Assembly (NCBI GenBank): GCA_963668695.2
Contig: CAXXLQ010000004.1
Coordinates: 512,001 to 576,000 of the forward strand
Length of the DNA: 64,000 nucleotides
From: Vicinamibacteria bacterium
GTDB taxonomy: Bacteria; Acidobacteriota; Vicinamibacteria; Marinacidobacterales; Marinacidobacteraceae
Reading direction: 5' to 3'
The position numbers and the translations under genes are program-made. The notes beneath the pieces are model-generated. The model searched no databases, was not told the origin of the DNA, and was given only the letters and a program-made list of their open reading frames with translations. Positions 62,312 to 64,000 of this stretch are shown piece by piece (position 1 is the first letter of the stretch; each line of letters begins with the position of its first letter).

Positions 62312-64000
62312 AACATGTCGCTCTAGCGGAGTCTCCCGACCCGAACATGTCGCTCTAGCGAAGCCGGCCGGAATCAACATGTCGCTCTAACAGGGTCTCC
62401 CGCCCCGAACATGTCGCTCTAGCGAAGCCGGCCGGAATCAACATGTCGCTCTAGCAGGGTCTCCCGACCCGAACATGTCGCTCTAGCGAAGCCGGCCGGA
62501 ATCAACATGTCGCTCTAGCGGGGTCTCCCGCCCCGAACATGTCGCTCTAGCGAAGCCGGCCGGGATCAACATGTCGCTCTAGCGGGTCTCCCGACCCGAA
62601 CATGTCGCTCTAGCGAAGCCGGCCGGAATCAACATGTCGCTCTAGCGGGTCTCCCGCCCCGAACATGTCGCTCTAGCGAAGCCGGCCGGAATCAACATGT
62701 CGCTCTAGCGGGGTCTCCCGCCCCGAACATGTCGCTCTAGCGAAGCCGGCCGGAATCAACATGTCGCTCTAGCGGGTCTCCCGACCCGAACATGTCGCTC
62801 TAGCGAAGCCGGCCGGAATCAACATGTCGCTCTAGCGGGTCTCCCGACCCGAACATGTCGCTCTAGCGAAGCCGGCCGGAATCAACATGTCGCTCTAGCG
62901 GGTCTCCCGACCCGAACATGTCGCTCTAGCGAAGCCGGCCGGAGTCAACATGTCGCTCTAGCGGGTCTCCCGCCCCGAACATGTCGCTCTAGCGAAGCCG
63001 GCCGGAATCAACATGTCGCTCTAGCGGGTCTCCCGACCCGAACATGTCGCTCTAGCGAAGCCGGCCGGAATCAACATGTCGCTCTAGCGGGTCTCCCGCC
63101 CCGAACATGTCGCTCTAGCGAAGCCGGCCGGAATCAACATGTCGCTCTAGCGGGGTCTCCCGACCCGAACATGTCGCTCTAGCGAAGCCGGCCGGAATCA
63201 ACATGTCGCTCTAGCGGGGTCTCCCGCCCCGAACATGTCGCTCTAGCGAAGCCGGCCGGAATCAACATGTCGCTCTAGCGGGTCTCCCGCCCCGAACATG
63301 TCGCTCTAGCGAAGCCGGCCGGAATCAACATGTCGCTCTAGCGGGGTCTCCCGCCCCGAACATGTCGCTCTAGCGAAGCCGGCCGGAATCAACATGTCGC
63401 TCTAGCAGGGTCTCCCGCCCCGAACATGTCGCTCTAGCGAAGCCGGCCGGAATCAACATGTCGCTCTAGCGGGGTCTCCCGCCCCGAACATGTCGCTCTA
63501 GCGAAGCCGGCCGGAAGGGTCGCTCTAGCAGGGTCTCCCCCGTCGCTCGCCTCTGGAACGCTTAACATGTCGCTCTAGCGAAGCCGGCCGGAATCAACAT
63601 GTCGCTCTAGCGGGGTCTCCCGCCCCGAACATGTCGCTCTAGCGAAGCCGGCCGGAATCAACATGTCGCTCTAGCCGGGGTCTCCCGCCCCGAACATGTC
63701 GCTCTAGCGAAGCCGGCCGGAATCAACATGTCGCGAACTAGCGAAGCCGGCGGGGGTCTCCCGCCCCGAACATGTCGCTCTAGCGAAGCCGGCCGGAATC
63801 AACATGTCGCTCTAGCGGGTCTCCCGGTCCGAACATGTCGCTCTAGCGAAGCCGGCCGGAATCAACATGTCGCACTAGCGGGGTCTCCCGGTCCGAACAT
63901 GTCGCTCTAGCGAAGCCGGCCGGAATCAACATGTCGCTCTAGCGGGTCTCCCGGCCGAACATGTCGCTCTAAGCGAAGTCGCTCTAGCAGAAACATGTCG
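62312..64000. repeat. Dimeric tandem repeat array (63-64 bp unit containing two 17-bp cores)
   Basis: Core AACATGTCGCTCTAGCG recurs about 50 times at 31-32 bp spacing, alternating with AAGCCGGCCGGAATC and (G)GGTCTCCCG(A/C)CCCG. It continues to the window edge. Confidence 0.95.

Noticed and set aside
63728-63910. 60-aa ORF inside the array
   Set aside because: It is a by-product of the one open frame of 63-bp units, has no RBS, and is broken by 64-bp units.
62312-64000. CRISPR or TIGR-type guide array
   Set aside because: The intervening sequences are two invariant alternating 14-15-mers rather than unique spacers, and no cas or tas gene is in the window.

Overview
A high-GC bacterial chromosome segment. 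The gene set (futalosine-pathway mqnD, fused LapA/LapB, secreted TldD pair, Calx-beta lipoprotein) suggests an Acidobacteriota-like Gram-negative organism; this is inference only. Most of the window is housekeeping (rho, rplU-rpmA-obgE-nadD-rsfS, hisS, acnA, coaX, mqnD, udk, gatB, accD-folC-proS). Small accessory insertions include two vapBC modules, an OLD-like ATPase-TOPRIM gene followed by an Mrr N-terminal-only gene, a secreted TldD-like pair, three DUF4013 paralogs, and a metalloprotease plus Calx-beta lipoprotein. No rRNA, tRNA, transposase or CRISPR-cas was seen. The non-coding DNA is the most unusual part. (i) About 14 copies of a ~180-240 bp MITE, mostly TA-flanked, sit on stop codons and -10 boxes. 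(ii) There are REP-like hairpin families. (iii) A 20-bp micro-module (GCCCCCACCGGGAGAACTGG) occurs ~23 times, almost always inside those larger repeats, at several different internal sites and in both orientations. (iv) A >=1.69 kb dimeric tandem array (17-bp core every 31-32 bp, two alternating invariant spacers) runs off the right end. Two single-base frameshifts suggest some consensus errors in the assembly.
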